From positions 32,001-96,000 of IMG/VR virus record IMGVR_UViG_3300048850_000068: a stretch of DNA of 64,000 bases; one strand, given 5' to 3'. Of the stretch, positions 41,043-51,090 are shown piece after piece. Below the pieces are notes generated by a model. The model did not search any database and was not told the DNA's origin. It saw only the letters and a program-made list of their open reading frames with translations. The DNA is from a virus. The position numbers were made by a program, and so were the translations under genes. The stretch's first letter is position 1; every line of letters begins with the position of its first letter.

Positions 41043-42308
41043 TCAAAGGGAAACACCGAGGATGTGGACCTGCCGGACCGGGAACTCGAGGTCGATGCAA
41101 TAACCCATGGCGTCGGCCGGGTGCTCGAGGCCCTGGCTCTTGTCCACCTCGCGGGTGCCTGGCTTGTAGATGGTCTGCTCGAGGGCCGCGATGGTCTCCC
41201 GGCAGGTCTCGTTGACGCGCATCTTCACCACGCCCTCGCCGTTGCGGAACATGCGGTTCACGGCATTGACGCGGTCGGCGATCTTCGGGTGCTTGCGGCG
41301 ATACTTCAGCTTCTTGAAGCCCGCCTCGCGCAGGATGTCGAGGTCAGACTCGCCGCGGGCGTGACCACGCTGCTGGCCGGCCGGGTCCGGATAGAACACG
41401 ATGGAGTTGAAATGCCGGTGATAGCGCCGTCCGAGCTCGTCGGCGGTCTCTTCGGTGTTCGAGCCGCGCAGGATCACCTCGTCGACCACCCACACCTCGC
41501 CGTTGGGCTGCGGCTGCATGATCACCGAGCTCATCGGATCGATGTTGAAGTCCTGACCAATCCAGATCGGCAGCCGCGGATTGAACGGATACTCGCCCAC
41601 ATGCACCTTGCGGTCGAAGGCGTAGTAGACGCGGCCGGACATGGTCTCGAAGGACGCCTCGAACTCCTGCTTGAAGCTCTTCTCGTCCATGTTCTGCCGC
41701 GCGGCCGCGATCTCGGACCGCGGAATAAACGGCGAGGTGATCGTCGGGAACTGCCACGACTTATAGGCATTGACGCGCCGCTTGCCCTTCTTGTCGAGGA
41801 AGGTGTCGCCGCGCTGGCCCAGCATGTAGACGTCGTAGAGCCAGTTATAGGCCTTGGGCGTGCCGATGATGATCGCCCGGCCGCGGGTCGAAGCCAGCGT
41901 CGGGTAGAGGACCTTATACCAGGTATCCGGATCGATATCCTGCGCCTCGTCGATCACGACCATGTGCAGACCGACGCCGCGGAGCGTATCGGGCTTGTCG
42001 GCGCCCTTCAGCATGATCCGGGAGCCGTTCTGCAGCCGGATCGTCATCTGGGTTTCGTTGATCTTCTTGATCCACTTGCGCGGGATCGCGTCCTTCAGCT
42101 CATCCCAAAGGATCTGGCGCGCCATTCCGTAGGTGGGCGCCACATACCAGACCAACTGCTTCGGCTTCGAGGCAGCTTCGGTGATCAGGATCTTGGAGAG
42201 CTGCGTCTTGCCCCAGCGTCGGCCGGCGACAACCACCTTGAAGCGGCGCCGATCGCGGTAGACCTGCTGCTGGCCCTTGTGCAGACGAAGCGGATTGGCG
42301 TAGGCCAC
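41043..42308 (-). CDS. terL: terminase large subunit
   Basis: AGRRWGKT, VIDEAQ, GTP, GQDFN, HPADAMGY. Confidence 0.95.
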   Translation of the reverse strand: MAYANPLRLHKGQQQVYRDRRRFKVVVAGRRWGKTQLSKILITEAASKPKQLVWYVAPTYGMARQILWDELKDAIPRKWIKKINETQMTIRLQNGSRIMLKGADKPDTLRGVGLHMVVIDEAQDIDPDTWYKVLYPTLASTRGRAIIIGTPKAYNWLYDVYMLGQRGDTFLDKKGKRRVNAYKSWQFPTITSPFIPRSEIAAARQNMDEKSFKQEFEASFETMSGRVYYAFDRKVHVGEYPFNPRLPIWIGQDFNIDPMSSVIMQPQPNGEVWVVDEVILRGSNTEETADELGRRYHRHFNSIVFYPDPAGQQRGHARGESDLDILREAGFKKLKYRRKHPKIADRVNAVNRMFRNGEGVVKMRVNETCRETIAALEQTIYKPGTREVDKSQGLEHPADAMGYCIDLEFPVRQVHILGVSL

Positions 42309-42949
42309 TAGCCTTCCTCCACCACTTCGTCACCGTCGCTCTCGAGAATGCTGGACATGTCCGGCGCTTCCATCTCGGAACCGTCGTCCTCGAGATCGGC
42401 GTTGCGCATATCCTCGATCTCCTCGTCGGTGAGGACCTCGATCGGCAGGATCGGCATGTCGTTTTCATCGACGTGGCTATCGGCGTCGAGCACCTTGTAG
42501 CGGATCTCGGTGGTGTCCTTGAGGATCGCAGCCAGGCCGCGCAGGGTCTTGACGCTGTTCTGATGCGTGGAGAAGGACGACCCGCCGGGCGTCATCGACT
42601 CCTTCATGATCTTCATCATGGCGAGATGCAGGGCTTGCGCGCCCTGGTAGGCCTGCTCCTTGGTATCCTCGATGCGCTTGTCGCGCTTTTCGGCGAAGGT
42701 CTGAGTGGCGACCGGTGCGGACGCCTTCGGGGCGTTCAATTCATGCGCACGCGACCCGAACACGACCCCGTGCTTGCGGAAGTGCTTCGAGATCGCCATA
42801 GCCGAGACGCCGTATTCCTGGGCGAGCTTGCCGCCCCGGGCCTGACCGAGTTCGAACTTGTCACGGATCTCCTTCCACTGCGCATCGGTGAGGCGCTTGC
42901 CGGAGCCGTTCTCGTCTTCCCCTGTCTGTTCCGGGGTGTCCTCAGACAT
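42308..42949 (-). CDS. terS: terminase small subunit
   Basis: N-terminal HTH (KLAQEYGVSAMAISKH); directly upstream of terL. Confidence 0.7.
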   Translation of the reverse strand: MSEDTPEQTGEDENGSGKRLTDAQWKEIRDKFELGQARGGKLAQEYGVSAMAISKHFRKHGVVFGSRAHELNAPKASAPVATQTFAEKRDKRIEDTKEQAYQGAQALHLAMMKIMKESMTPGGSSFSTHQNSVKTLRGLAAILKDTTEIRYKVLDADSHVDENDMPILPIEVLTDEEIEDMRNADLEDDGSEMEAPDMSSILESDGDEVVEEG

Positions 42950-42980
42950 TAAGTCAGTCCTTACTTATCATTCCGGACAT

Positions 42981-43065
42981 GGGAATTCCCAGAGCCGTCT
43001 GCTTACATATATAACTACTAAGTAGTAAGTAATTATATAGTAGCGCGAAGGCGTTGGGAAATCCC
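42981..43065 (+). repeat. ~80-bp inverted-repeat element, copy 2 (upstream of terS)
   Basis: GGGAATTCCCAGAGCCGTCTGCTTAC..AT-rich..GTAGCGCGAAGGCGTTGGGAAATCCC. Confidence 0.75.
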
Positions 43066-43071
43066 CGGGTG

Positions 43072-43335
43072 TCAGGACACGAAAACCTTAAAAGCTTCCA
43101 GGGTTGGCTTGATGTAGAGCTTGCGCTTGCGATGCTCCCGGGCAATCAATCCATGCTTCTCGAGGAACTTGAGCGAGCACAGAATAGCCTGCTTGGACAC
43201 ATCCGGGCCGTAGCTCAACTTCCCCTTTAGTTCGTGAAGCTCGATGAAGTCTCCGGTATCCCGGGCGGTGTCCATCACCAGCTTCATGATCTCCGTTTGC
43301 TTGTCGTTCTGGGCGAATTCACCTTGTCCGGGCAT
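43072..43335 (-). CDS. winged-helix DNA-binding protein
   Basis: SKQAILCSLKFLEKHGLIAR wHTH; start overlaps the upstream stop. Confidence 0.65.
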   Translation of the reverse strand: MPGQGEFAQNDKQTEIMKLVMDTARDTGDFIELHELKGKLSYGPDVSKQAILCSLKFLEKHGLIAREHRKRKLYIKPTLEAFKVFVS

Positions 43336-44303
43336 CAGCAGGCGCACCTCTGGAAAGAGGCCTCCTCCGCAAACGTCTTTGCCGTGCGCCAGGCATTCCA
43401 CGCCTCCCAGTTGAACGGATCGCGCGGGCCCTGCCAGTCGAACGCCTCGAGCGGCAGACGATCCGGGAAGATCTTCTTGGGCTCGGGGTTCTTCCAGACG
43501 CCATACATCGGCGAGGCCAGGATCACCTGCTGCAGGCTCTTGATCACCTTGCGGGCGTCCATGTCGTCGACCCGGCCCTGGCCGCGGTCGCGGTTGCCGC
43601 CGGTCTTCTCGAGCGCCGAGTGGCGATAATAGAAGTCCTTGCAGGCCTGGAGCAGCTTTTCACGGGACGCGGGGTCGTGCGCCTCGAGCTCACTGATGAT
43701 TGCCTCGTAATCCTGCGGGCTCGCCTCGAAGTGGCTGCGGAAGAACTTGAGGCCCTGGTCGAACTTGTTCGAGTTCATCGGCCGGACGAAGCGGAACCCG
43801 GCCTTCTGGCCGAAGATATTGAACTTCGACATGGAGCTCTGGATCTCCATGAAGGTGTTGCCCTCCATGCGCGAGACCAGGTTCATGGTGCGGTAGCCGG
43901 CGCCGATGCCGCGATACATGGTGTCCACGACGAAGCGCGAGATCACCCGGATATTCTGGTTGATCCAGACGTAGCGCTGGGTGTTGATGTGCTTGTTGTC
44001 GGACCCGGGCTTGATGTTCGGGAACGCGAGATGGCGCTCCTTCAGGAGACCCTTGGGATTGGCCGTCACCAGCACGCCGATGGTCTCGCCGTCCAGCGTC
44101 AGCTTCCAGAAACGAGGCCCGATCGGCAGGTTTTCCGCCTTGTAGTGCAGATCGTGCAGCAGATTCCAGTCAGACGCATCACCCCGCTCGACGATCATGC
44201 GCTCAAGCAGCGAGAAACGTGCTGCCGGGGCGTTTTCGCGCTCGACGTGCGTGATGATCGCTGGGAAAGAGAAATCGCGCTCAGTGAGCGTCCCTGTGCT
44301 CAT
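43335..44303 (-). CDS. GNAT-fold acyltransferase, candidate DNA-modifying
   Basis: ISRFVVDTMYRGIGAG acyl-CoA motif A; F.QKAGF. Confidence 0.7.
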   Translation of the reverse strand: MSTGTLTERDFSFPAIITHVERENAPAARFSLLERMIVERGDASDWNLLHDLHYKAENLPIGPRFWKLTLDGETIGVLVTANPKGLLKERHLAFPNIKPGSDNKHINTQRYVWINQNIRVISRFVVDTMYRGIGAGYRTMNLVSRMEGNTFMEIQSSMSKFNIFGQKAGFRFVRPMNSNKFDQGLKFFRSHFEASPQDYEAIISELEAHDPASREKLLQACKDFYYRHSALEKTGGNRDRGQGRVDDMDARKVIKSLQQVILASPMYGVWKNPEPKKIFPDRLPLEAFDWQGPRDPFNWEAWNAWRTAKTFAEEASFQRCAC

Positions 44304-44755
44304 AGCTGCGATGCCCTTCCCATCTTCACCTTACCCTTGAGACCGCGCTCCATGATCGCGTGAAACCCGTAGTCGTGGCAGACCACGCGGCCCTTGTAGG
44401 TGCCCCAGTTGTCGATATGCGTGTCGGCGAAGATCTCCGGCAGCTCCGCCGGCATCTTCTTGAGCGGCCGTGTGCGCTTCATGATCAGCACGGACCCGGA
44501 ATGTGAGATCGACACGCAGGGCGCAAACCAGGGCTCCCAGGCGGTGCCCTTGACCTCATTCCAGATATGCCACTCGGCGACGTTGCAGAATTCCTTGGTG
44601 TCGGAGTGCTCGATCTTCACGACCAGACCGGACTGCGGGCTCATGACCTCGTAGACCTCGCGATACACCCCGCCCCCTAAGCGCTTGCCCATGAGGGTCG
44701 TATTAAGCTCGTGCTGGACCGTGCGGCCCAGGCCGGTCAGCAGATCAAGCCCCAT
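44300..44755 (-). CDS. protein-kinase-fold protein
   Basis: LGGGVYREVY, VVKIE, DTHIDNWG, CHDYG. Confidence 0.6.
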   Translation of the reverse strand: MGLDLLTGLGRTVQHELNTTLMGKRLGGGVYREVYEVMSPQSGLVVKIEHSDTKEFCNVAEWHIWNEVKGTAWEPWFAPCVSISHSGSVLIMKRTRPLKKMPAELPEIFADTHIDNWGTYKGRVVCHDYGFHAIMERGLKGKVKMGRASQL

Positions 44756-45104
44756 CGGACGTCTCCTCGAGGCTTTCGATATGCTCCTTGACGTCCGGCA
44801 CCTCGAGCGCGGCGATTTCCTCGTCGGTCAGATCGCGCACCTGCAGCGGCGGCACCAGCTCACCCGGGATGAGAAGGCCGATCGCCTCGAGCAGAATGGG
44901 CTTGGGCTGCGAGCGGCCGATGTATTGCTGCGACCAGGCCCACTCGTATTGCCACAGGTCGACCAGGTGCCCGATCGCCGTCTCGGCGTCCTCGCCCGAC
45001 GGGAAGATGGCAGCCTGACCGAACTCGCCCTCCGTGAGCGGATCCTTGGTCATGAAGTTGCCCGAGAGGGTGTTGCGCAGGACGAACACGGCGAGATCGG
45101 ACAT
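44745..45104 (-). CDS. hypothetical protein
   Basis: MSDLAVF start overlaps the upstream stop. Confidence 0.55.
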   Translation of the reverse strand: MSDLAVFVLRNTLSGNFMTKDPLTEGEFGQAAIFPSGEDAETAIGHLVDLWQYEWAWSQQYIGRSQPKPILLEAIGLLIPGELVPPLQVRDLTDEEIAALEVPDVKEHIESLEETSDGA

Positions 45105-45589
45105 CAGTAGTTTCCTTCGCAGACCTGCAGGCAGCGAATTCCTTCCTCGCGCCACATCTTCGTCACGCCGGCCCGATCCTCGACGGCGAAGAGAGGCTCG
45201 TAGCCGCCGGCGCGGAGCGCAGCGAGCATGTCCTTCTTCACCTCGGTATCCGGACGATAATCGTCTTCCGGGCGCATCATCAGCGCGGTCCAGACGATCT
45301 GATGCCGCACGAGCCACTCGATCGTGACCGCTTCGGCCGAACGGCGCCGGCCCGTGAGAACCCAGACGTGATAGCCGGCCGCGGCCATGGCATTGTTCAG
45401 GGCCCGGATCTCCGGATAGACCTTGTCGCCGTCACAGGCGTCAAAGAAGGCCTGCCACGCCTCGTCCACGGGCTTGCCCGTCTCGTGCGAGGAGTTCTTC
45501 GGCAGCAGATGCAGACGGTGATCGGCATTCGCGAGCGTGCCGTCGATGTCCATGATGATGCAGGGCGTTGGGGTCACAGAATGCTCCAA
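45104..45589 (-). CDS. HAD phosphatase (PNKP 3'-phosphatase-like)
   Basis: DIDGTLA, LTGR, MRP.DD.RPD..VK, EDR. Confidence 0.85.
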   Translation of the reverse strand: MEHSVTPTPCIIMDIDGTLANADHRLHLLPKNSSHETGKPVDEAWQAFFDACDGDKVYPEIRALNNAMAAAGYHVWVLTGRRRSAEAVTIEWLVRHQIVWTALMMRPEDDYRPDTEVKKDMLAALRAGGYEPLFAVEDRAGVTKMWREEGIRCLQVCEGNY

Positions 45590-46140
45590 ATCCAGGCCCG
45601 CGGATTGCCCGGGCTCTGGTGCTTGACGAAAAAGTGGCGGGTTTCACGCGGAGCGAGCAGGCGCCCGTCCTGGTTGTCGAGGATGAGGGTGCCGCGGCTG
45701 GTGCGGACGGCGAGGACCGCATGGCCCTCCCCGTTCGGGTCCAAAACGACTGTGATCAACAGGACACTCGAGGGCCAACCCAGCTCCCGAAGCTGGTGCC
45801 GCTTGAGGATGACATAGTCTTCACAGTCGCCCATGCCGTCGCGCGGGAAGTCCCACACGTCGACCTGGTTAAAGCGGTCGAGATCGCGCACGCCGAGAAC
45901 GGCCTTGTTGACGCTCCGGTTGACCTGGATCAGCTCGCGCAGGCGCTTGCCGGTGAGCTCGATGGTCTCGACCGCGGGGCCGGAGACCTGGCACTCGGTC
46001 GGATTGCGGTCACAGAACGGCGCAAAGGCATACGGAGCTAAGTCAGTTCTGACTGATGCTTGCCCACGCGCGTGAGGCGTGAAGAAGCCCAGGAGAACGA
46101 GCCCGACGACAAAGCCGATCGAGATCCGCAGCCAGCTCAC
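45574..46140 (-). CDS. transglutaminase-like cysteine protease (BTLCP/C93)
   Basis: Signal/TM N-terminus; GDCEDY, HAVL, ILDN. Confidence 0.85.
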   Translation of the reverse strand: MSWLRISIGFVVGLVLLGFFTPHARGQASVRTDLAPYAFAPFCDRNPTECQVSGPAVETIELTGKRLRELIQVNRSVNKAVLGVRDLDRFNQVDVWDFPRDGMGDCEDYVILKRHQLRELGWPSSVLLITVVLDPNGEGHAVLAVRTSRGTLILDNQDGRLLAPRETRHFFVKHQSPGNPRAWIWSIL

Positions 46141-46403
46141 AGAACGCCACCCACGCGGGACGGCGAGCGCACCACGACGGCGCCGGCCGAGGTCGGCACG
46201 ATGGCGCTGAGGAGGTGATAGGTCTCGCCGTGAATGTCGGCCCAGGAGCAGCCGTCGAAGATCACGACGCCGAAGCTCTCGCCGCGCAGGGTCGAGGCCA
46301 CGAAATCGTCCTTCAGGCTGTCGAGCGAGGTCTCGACGACGCGGCCGGTTCGCAGGTGCACGATGTTATGATCGCCGGTGCGGCGGATGAGAAGGATGTT
46401 CAC
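46137..46403 (-). CDS. hypothetical protein
   Basis: Coupled ORF with 4-nt overlaps. Confidence 0.55.
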   Translation of the reverse strand: MNILLIRRTGDHNIVHLRTGRVVETSLDSLKDDFVASTLRGESFGVVIFDGCSWADIHGETYHLLSAIVPTSAGAVVVRSPSRVGGVL

Positions 46404-47038
46404 TGGGCTTGCTCCACTTCGACGCGCTCACGGAAGCGCTTGGTGATGGTGAGGGACGGTGCAAGGTCGGCCTTCAGGTCGGTGTGGGTGGTTGCCACCA
46501 TGAGCGTCTTGCCTTGGTTGCGGGCAACCTTCTGAAGATTGAAGGCGATGACCTTCGCGGTGGTGCGATCAAGCACCGCCCCAAACTCGTCGGCGATCCA
46601 GACGTCGGCGCCGCTCTCGAGCACCTTCGCCAGCTTCAGCCGGTAACGTTGGCCGTCGGAGAGCTCCGAGGGCTTGCGAATGTAGATCCAGGCATCCGAG
46701 ATGCCGGCGAGAGCAAGCAGGTGCATGCCCTCGGTGATGGTCTTGCCCACGAGCTCGATCACGGGCCGGTCCTCGAGGGTGATCTCGTTTAGATCCGCAA
46801 CCGACAGACCCTCGGCCCGCATCTGCGCGTGCAGATCCTTGAGCAGCAGAGACTTGCCGGAGCCGGACTGACCGGTGATGTAGACCACGTCGCCGGCATT
46901 CACCTCGAGGGCGAGGTTGTCGTAGATGACGAATTCCTTCTGGGACAGACCCAGCCCGAAGCCCTCGGCGACCTCGAGCACCCGCGGCGTGCGCTCGACG
47001 CTCGACGTAAACTTGCGGGTGATGGTGTAGGTGGTCAT
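46400..47038 (-). CDS. stand-alone ABC-type ATPase
   Basis: GQSGSGKS, LSDGQ, IADEF, TTH; no permease nearby. Confidence 0.88.
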   Translation of the reverse strand: MTTYTITRKFTSSVERTPRVLEVAEGFGLGLSQKEFVIYDNLALEVNAGDVVYITGQSGSGKSLLLKDLHAQMRAEGLSVADLNEITLEDRPVIELVGKTITEGMHLLALAGISDAWIYIRKPSELSDGQRYRLKLAKVLESGADVWIADEFGAVLDRTTAKVIAFNLQKVARNQGKTLMVATTHTDLKADLAPSLTITKRFRERVEVEQAQ

Positions 47039-47418
47039 GCGGGCTGTCCGTCGTCGTCAATCTCGTCGTCGTATTGAAGCGGATCCCCGTCGCACTCGGC
47101 CATCATCAGGAGCTCGTCGCGCAGCGTGCAGGAGGAGCCAGCCATACGGTAATAGCCGGCTCGGTTCTGCTCGCCCGGGGCGGGCGTGTGATACATGACC
47201 GGAACCCAGTTCTCCGGATCGAAGGCCATCGCCACGAGCCCGACGAGCTCGCCCTTGCGGAGCTTCTCGAGCAGGTTTTCGACCGCCCCGATGGCGACGA
47301 CGTCGATATCGCCGGCCTTGAGCGGTTCGCTTTCCTTGAGCTCCACCGGTGACGGCGCCTGGTAGGGGCGCCGGTCGAGGCGGATGACCTTGGTCTCTGG
47401 TGTATCCTGGTCCGACAT
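47035..47418 (-). CDS. hypothetical protein
   Basis: Coupled ORF. Confidence 0.6.
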   Translation of the reverse strand: MSDQDTPETKVIRLDRRPYQAPSPVELKESEPLKAGDIDVVAIGAVENLLEKLRKGELVGLVAMAFDPENWVPVMYHTPAPGEQNRAGYYRMAGSSCTLRDELLMMAECDGDPLQYDDEIDDDGQPA

Positions 47419-47438
47419 GTTCAGTCAATCCTGACTTA

Positions 47439-48131
47439 TTAATCGAGGCGATCAGCAACTTCGGAAAGCGCGGCGATGAGAGCTTCCGGGCCCTGCAGCC
47501 CGCCCTTGGTCTCGATGCGGCTCATGAAGTTTCGAATTTCACGGGACTGGGCGACCGTCACGCGCTTGAAGCCGAGGGCGTCCCCGACCGGGGCCAGAGA
47601 GCCGTCGACGTCCTTGGCCTTCTGGGTGTTCTCGGTCTTCTGCTCCTCGACAGCCTCGCCGATATCGTCCACGAACACGTCGTCCTCGACGTTGAACTCG
47701 CCGAGGTCTGCTGCCATGAAATCGAGCGTCTTGGCGTCAAAGCCCAGACTGTCCATGTCGAAGCCGGTCTCGTAGAGCGCGGCGAGCTCGGCCTGCAGCA
47801 CTTCCGTATCGTATTCCTTGCCGGCGACCTCGTTATCGGACAGGCGCAGGGCGTTGGCTTCGGCTTCGGTCAGATCCGAACGGACGATGACCGGCACCTT
47901 CTTGAAGCGCTCGTCGCCATTGTCGCGCAGCAGGATCGAGGCCAGGCGCCGGCCGTGGCCGGCGATGATCACGCCGTCGGTCCAGACCTGGATCGGGTTC
48001 GAGATCCGGAACTTGGCAAGGCTCTTCGAGAGCTTCTCGACCTCGGCCGGCGGGTGCTTCTTGGGGTTGTTCGGATAGGGAACCAGGCGGTCGAGATCCC
48101 AGAACTCGATTACGGGCTTGTGCTCACTCAT
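47439..48131 (-). CDS. ParB/Srx N-terminal domain protein
   Basis: LVPYPNNPKKH, IIAGHGRR, LSDN. Confidence 0.85.
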   Translation of the reverse strand: MSEHKPVIEFWDLDRLVPYPNNPKKHPPAEVEKLSKSLAKFRISNPIQVWTDGVIIAGHGRRLASILLRDNGDERFKKVPVIVRSDLTEAEANALRLSDNEVAGKEYDTEVLQAELAALYETGFDMDSLGFDAKTLDFMAADLGEFNVEDDVFVDDIGEAVEEQKTENTQKAKDVDGSLAPVGDALGFKRVTVAQSREIRNFMSRIETKGGLQGPEALIAALSEVADRLD

Positions 48132-48306
48132 CGTCGGTCATTCCTGCAACAATTTCCTGGAGCTCGTCGGCGTCCGGGAGGGCCTTTTCTTCCACCTTCT
48201 CCTCGAAGAACTCGCCGGCGCCGCAGCGCAGGCAGTTCACATTGAGACGGCGGGCATTCCAGAAGACGCAGCGCCGGCAATCGTCATGGCGGGGCTCATG
48301 CGGCAT
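48124..48306 (-). CDS. small Cys-rich protein
   Basis: CRRC...CLRC. Confidence 0.55.
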   Translation of the reverse strand: MPHEPRHDDCRRCVFWNARRLNVNCLRCGAGEFFEEKVEEKALPDADELQEIVAGMTDDE

Positions 48307-48544
48307 AGGAAGCTCCCGGGAAGGGGTCTTCGTTCAGCGCGGGAGCCGGGCGAATCTCGCCGACATAGAGGGCGTTGCGCAGGTATCCCCGCTGCGAGGC
48401 GCCCTTCTTGTAGAATTCGTAGGCCTGGCCGTCGGACCGGACCCAGTAGAAGTGAACCCGGCCGCGGCGGTTGCGCATCAGGCGCACATTCGACCCGCCG
48501 CAGAGCAGAGCCACGAGAAAGCAATTGCCCGGAAACCGCATCAC
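48296..48544 (-). CDS. hypothetical protein
   Basis: Coupled ORF. Confidence 0.5.
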   Translation of the reverse strand: MMRFPGNCFLVALLCGGSNVRLMRNRRGRVHFYWVRSDGQAYEFYKKGASQRGYLRNALYVGEIRPAPALNEDPFPGASYAA

Positions 48545-49215
48545 TCGGTCTCCTCGTCCTCGGTCTTGCCGCCCAGCAGCAGGAAGACCAGGGCATCGCC
48601 GGCATTGGTGAGCTCGTCGCCAGAGGTGAAGCCGTGCTTCTTCTGGGTCTTGGCGATCAGAGCGGTGATGCTCTCGGCATCGGTGAGACCGACCTTATAG
48701 CGCTGGATCGTATGCGTCTTCGGCGCTGTTGCCTGGGGTGGCTCAGGCTTTTCGTCGGTCTTCGTATAGTTTTCGTCAATATCCAAGTCATCAAGTGCTA
48801 TATCTACACTTGAGAAGATCGAACGAATATCAGCATCAGAATAAGGAAGGATCGCTTGAACTTCATCCCCGCCCAGTTCTTCGAGGAGCTTTGCCAATTC
48901 GATCGTGTCATCGGCGCCGTAACGGGCATTGTCGGCGAGCATGATCTTCTTGGCGATGTCATCGGACACGGTGCCGATGTTCCAGACGTCGATCTTAGTC
49001 CAGCCCTTGTTCTTGGCCTGGTCCCAGCGGTGCTCGCCGCCGAGGATCTCGTAGGGCGTATCGGTCTCCCCGGTCTCCCGAACCACGATCGGCTTGAAGA
49101 AGGGCAGCTCGTCGAGCGAGTTGGCGATCTTGTCCTCGTTCTCCGGGGTCACGATGTTCGTGTTCCACGGATTCGGGCGCAGCAGATCGATATCGACAGA
49201 AAGGTGTTGGGGCAC
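48541..49215 (-). CDS. ParB/Srx N-terminal domain protein
   Basis: LRPNPWN, YEILGGEHRW, ADN. Confidence 0.85.
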   Translation of the reverse strand: MPQHLSVDIDLLRPNPWNTNIVTPENEDKIANSLDELPFFKPIVVRETGETDTPYEILGGEHRWDQAKNKGWTKIDVWNIGTVSDDIAKKIMLADNARYGADDTIELAKLLEELGGDEVQAILPYSDADIRSIFSSVDIALDDLDIDENYTKTDEKPEPPQATAPKTHTIQRYKVGLTDAESITALIAKTQKKHGFTSGDELTNAGDALVFLLLGGKTEDEETE

Positions 49216-49283
49216 CAGGGGTTCCTATGCTAAGTCAGTAATGACTTATCATAGATCCATCAGAAGGCAAGTGGCAATCAGTA

Positions 49284-50879
49284 ATGACTGAATCTCTTAT
49301 CCTCAAGCAGGCGAATGTGAACGCCCAACTCGTCGGCGCTTCGAAGGCGGTCAAGGCTCATGTGTCGCATCTCCTCTCCTTCATGGTGGAGGGCGCCGAG
49401 CACTCGACCACTTTCAAGAGCTCCGGCTGGGACGGGCGCTCGTCATTCTTCTCGATGAAGGATTGCACCTTTCCGGCCGGCTTCACCCACATGGTCTATT
49501 CCGAGCTCACCCGGCTCGGGCACCAGGTCCGCCTGGTGCGAAAAGCCCTGCCCGAACCCCGCGGCCCGGTCGATCCCAAGGTCGACGAGTTCGGCAACGA
49601 CGATCCGCGCTATGATTTCCAGCCCAAGGCGGTGCGCCAGGTCGAGAAGCACGGCCGCGGCATCATTCAGGTCGCGACAGGCGGCGGCAAGTCGAAGATC
49701 TCCAAGCTGATCACAGCCCGCTACCGGCGCATGACCCTGTTTCTCACCACCCGCGGCGTGCTGCTCTACCAGATGGCCGATGCGTTCGAGAAGGATTGCA
49801 AGTTCAACGTCGGCATCATCGGTGACGGCGAGTGGAATCCGGTCAAGGGCGTGAACTGCGCGATGGTGCAGACGCTCGTGGCGAACCTGCAGGTGCCGGC
49901 CTTCGACGTCGAGCGCCGGGCGGTGATCCAGGCCGCGGCCAAGAAGTATCAGAAGCTCTCCAACGAGGACGCCGACAAGCTCGCGACCGAGCGCTTCAAC
50001 AAGAAGCTGCGGATCCGCAACCGGACCCTTAAGTTCCTCGAGATGGTCGAGGTCGTGATCGGCGAGGAAGCGCACGAGGCGGGCGGCAACTCCTATTTCG
50101 AGATCCTGCGTCACTGCAAGGGCGCCCAGATCCGGGTGGCTCTGACGGCAACCCCGTTCATGCGCGACGACGCCGAAGACAACATGCGTCTGATGGCAGC
50201 GTTCGGCCCGATCCTGATCAAGGTGTCCGAGAAGACCCTGATCGATCGCGGCATTCTCGCCAAGCCCTTCTTCAAGTTCGTCGCCTCGAAGCCGCACGAC
50301 AAGCTCCGGAAGTCGTCGCCCTGGCAGCGCGCTTACCAGCTCGGCTACACCGAGAACCCCTACATGCTCGACGACATCCTGCGCGACGCCAAGATGGCTC
50401 AGGTGCACGGGCTGCCGGTGATGACCCTGATCATGCGCAAGGAGCACGGCGACAGGATCAAGGCGGCAATGGGTCAGATCGGCTTAAGGGCGGAGTTCAT
50501 TCGCGGCGAGAACGATCAGAAGGCGCGCAAGACGGCATTGACGAAGCTGGCTCAGGGCAAGATCGACGTCCTGATCGGCACCACGATCCTCGATGTCGGC
50601 GTGGACGTGCCGGCCGTGGGCCTGGTGCAGCTCGCCGGCGGTGGCAAGGCGGAAGTCGCGACCCGGCAGCGCATCGGCCGCGGGCTTCGCGCCAAGAAGG
50701 GCATGCCGAACTTTGCCTTCATCGCGGACTACACCACGGGTCCGAACACCTATTTGCGCGACCATGCGTTCCAGCGCCGGTCGATTATTGAGCAGACGCC
50801 AGGATTCAAGGAGGGAATTCTTCCCGCCAACGACGATTTCCCCTGGCATTTGTTCAAGAATACTGCGCAATCCGCTTGA
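49284..50879 (+). CDS. superfamily 2 helicase
   Basis: ATGGGKS, EEAH, TATP, GVDVP, QRIGRGLR. Confidence 0.92.
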   Translation: MTESLILKQANVNAQLVGASKAVKAHVSHLLSFMVEGAEHSTTFKSSGWDGRSSFFSMKDCTFPAGFTHMVYSELTRLGHQVRLVRKALPEPRGPVDPKVDEFGNDDPRYDFQPKAVRQVEKHGRGIIQVATGGGKSKISKLITARYRRMTLFLTTRGVLLYQMADAFEKDCKFNVGIIGDGEWNPVKGVNCAMVQTLVANLQVPAFDVERRAVIQAAAKKYQKLSNEDADKLATERFNKKLRIRNRTLKFLEMVEVVIGEEAHEAGGNSYFEILRHCKGAQIRVALTATPFMRDDAEDNMRLMAAFGPILIKVSEKTLIDRGILAKPFFKFVASKPHDKLRKSSPWQRAYQLGYTENPYMLDDILRDAKMAQVHGLPVMTLIMRKEHGDRIKAAMGQIGLRAEFIRGENDQKARKTALTKLAQGKIDVLIGTTILDVGVDVPAVGLVQLAGGGKAEVATRQRIGRGLRAKKGMPNFAFIADYTTGPNTYLRDHAFQRRSIIEQTPGFKEGILPANDDFPWHLFKNTAQSA

Positions 50880-50898
50880 AAAACGCTATAGAGGGATC

Positions 50899-51090
50899 AT
50901 GAAGAAGCATCTTGTTGATCCCTTTACTGTCTTCGACGAGCGCGGACGCTCGCTGAAGTCCTATGAGCAGCTCGAGGCGGAGAATGCGCGCCTCGAGAAG
51001 GAGAACCAGCACCTTCGACGCCTGCTGAAGTTCATGGTCGACAAGTATCAGCCCACCGAGACCAAGCCCGAGACGGCCACCCGTCACTAA
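50899..51090 (+). CDS. small coiled-coil protein
   Basis: GAGGGA RBS; MKKHLVDPF...LEAENARLEKEN. Confidence 0.55.
   Translation: MKKHLVDPFTVFDERGRSLKSYEQLEAENARLEKENQHLRRLLKFMVDKYQPTETKPETATRH

Noticed and set aside
46400-47038. ABC transporter
   Set aside because: There is no permease or binding protein; the context points to a soluble ATPase.
47439-49215. ParB-like genes as the plasmid partition ParB
   Set aside because: They are unlinked to parA, which has its own coupled RHH partner, and they lie in the terminase-linked cluster.
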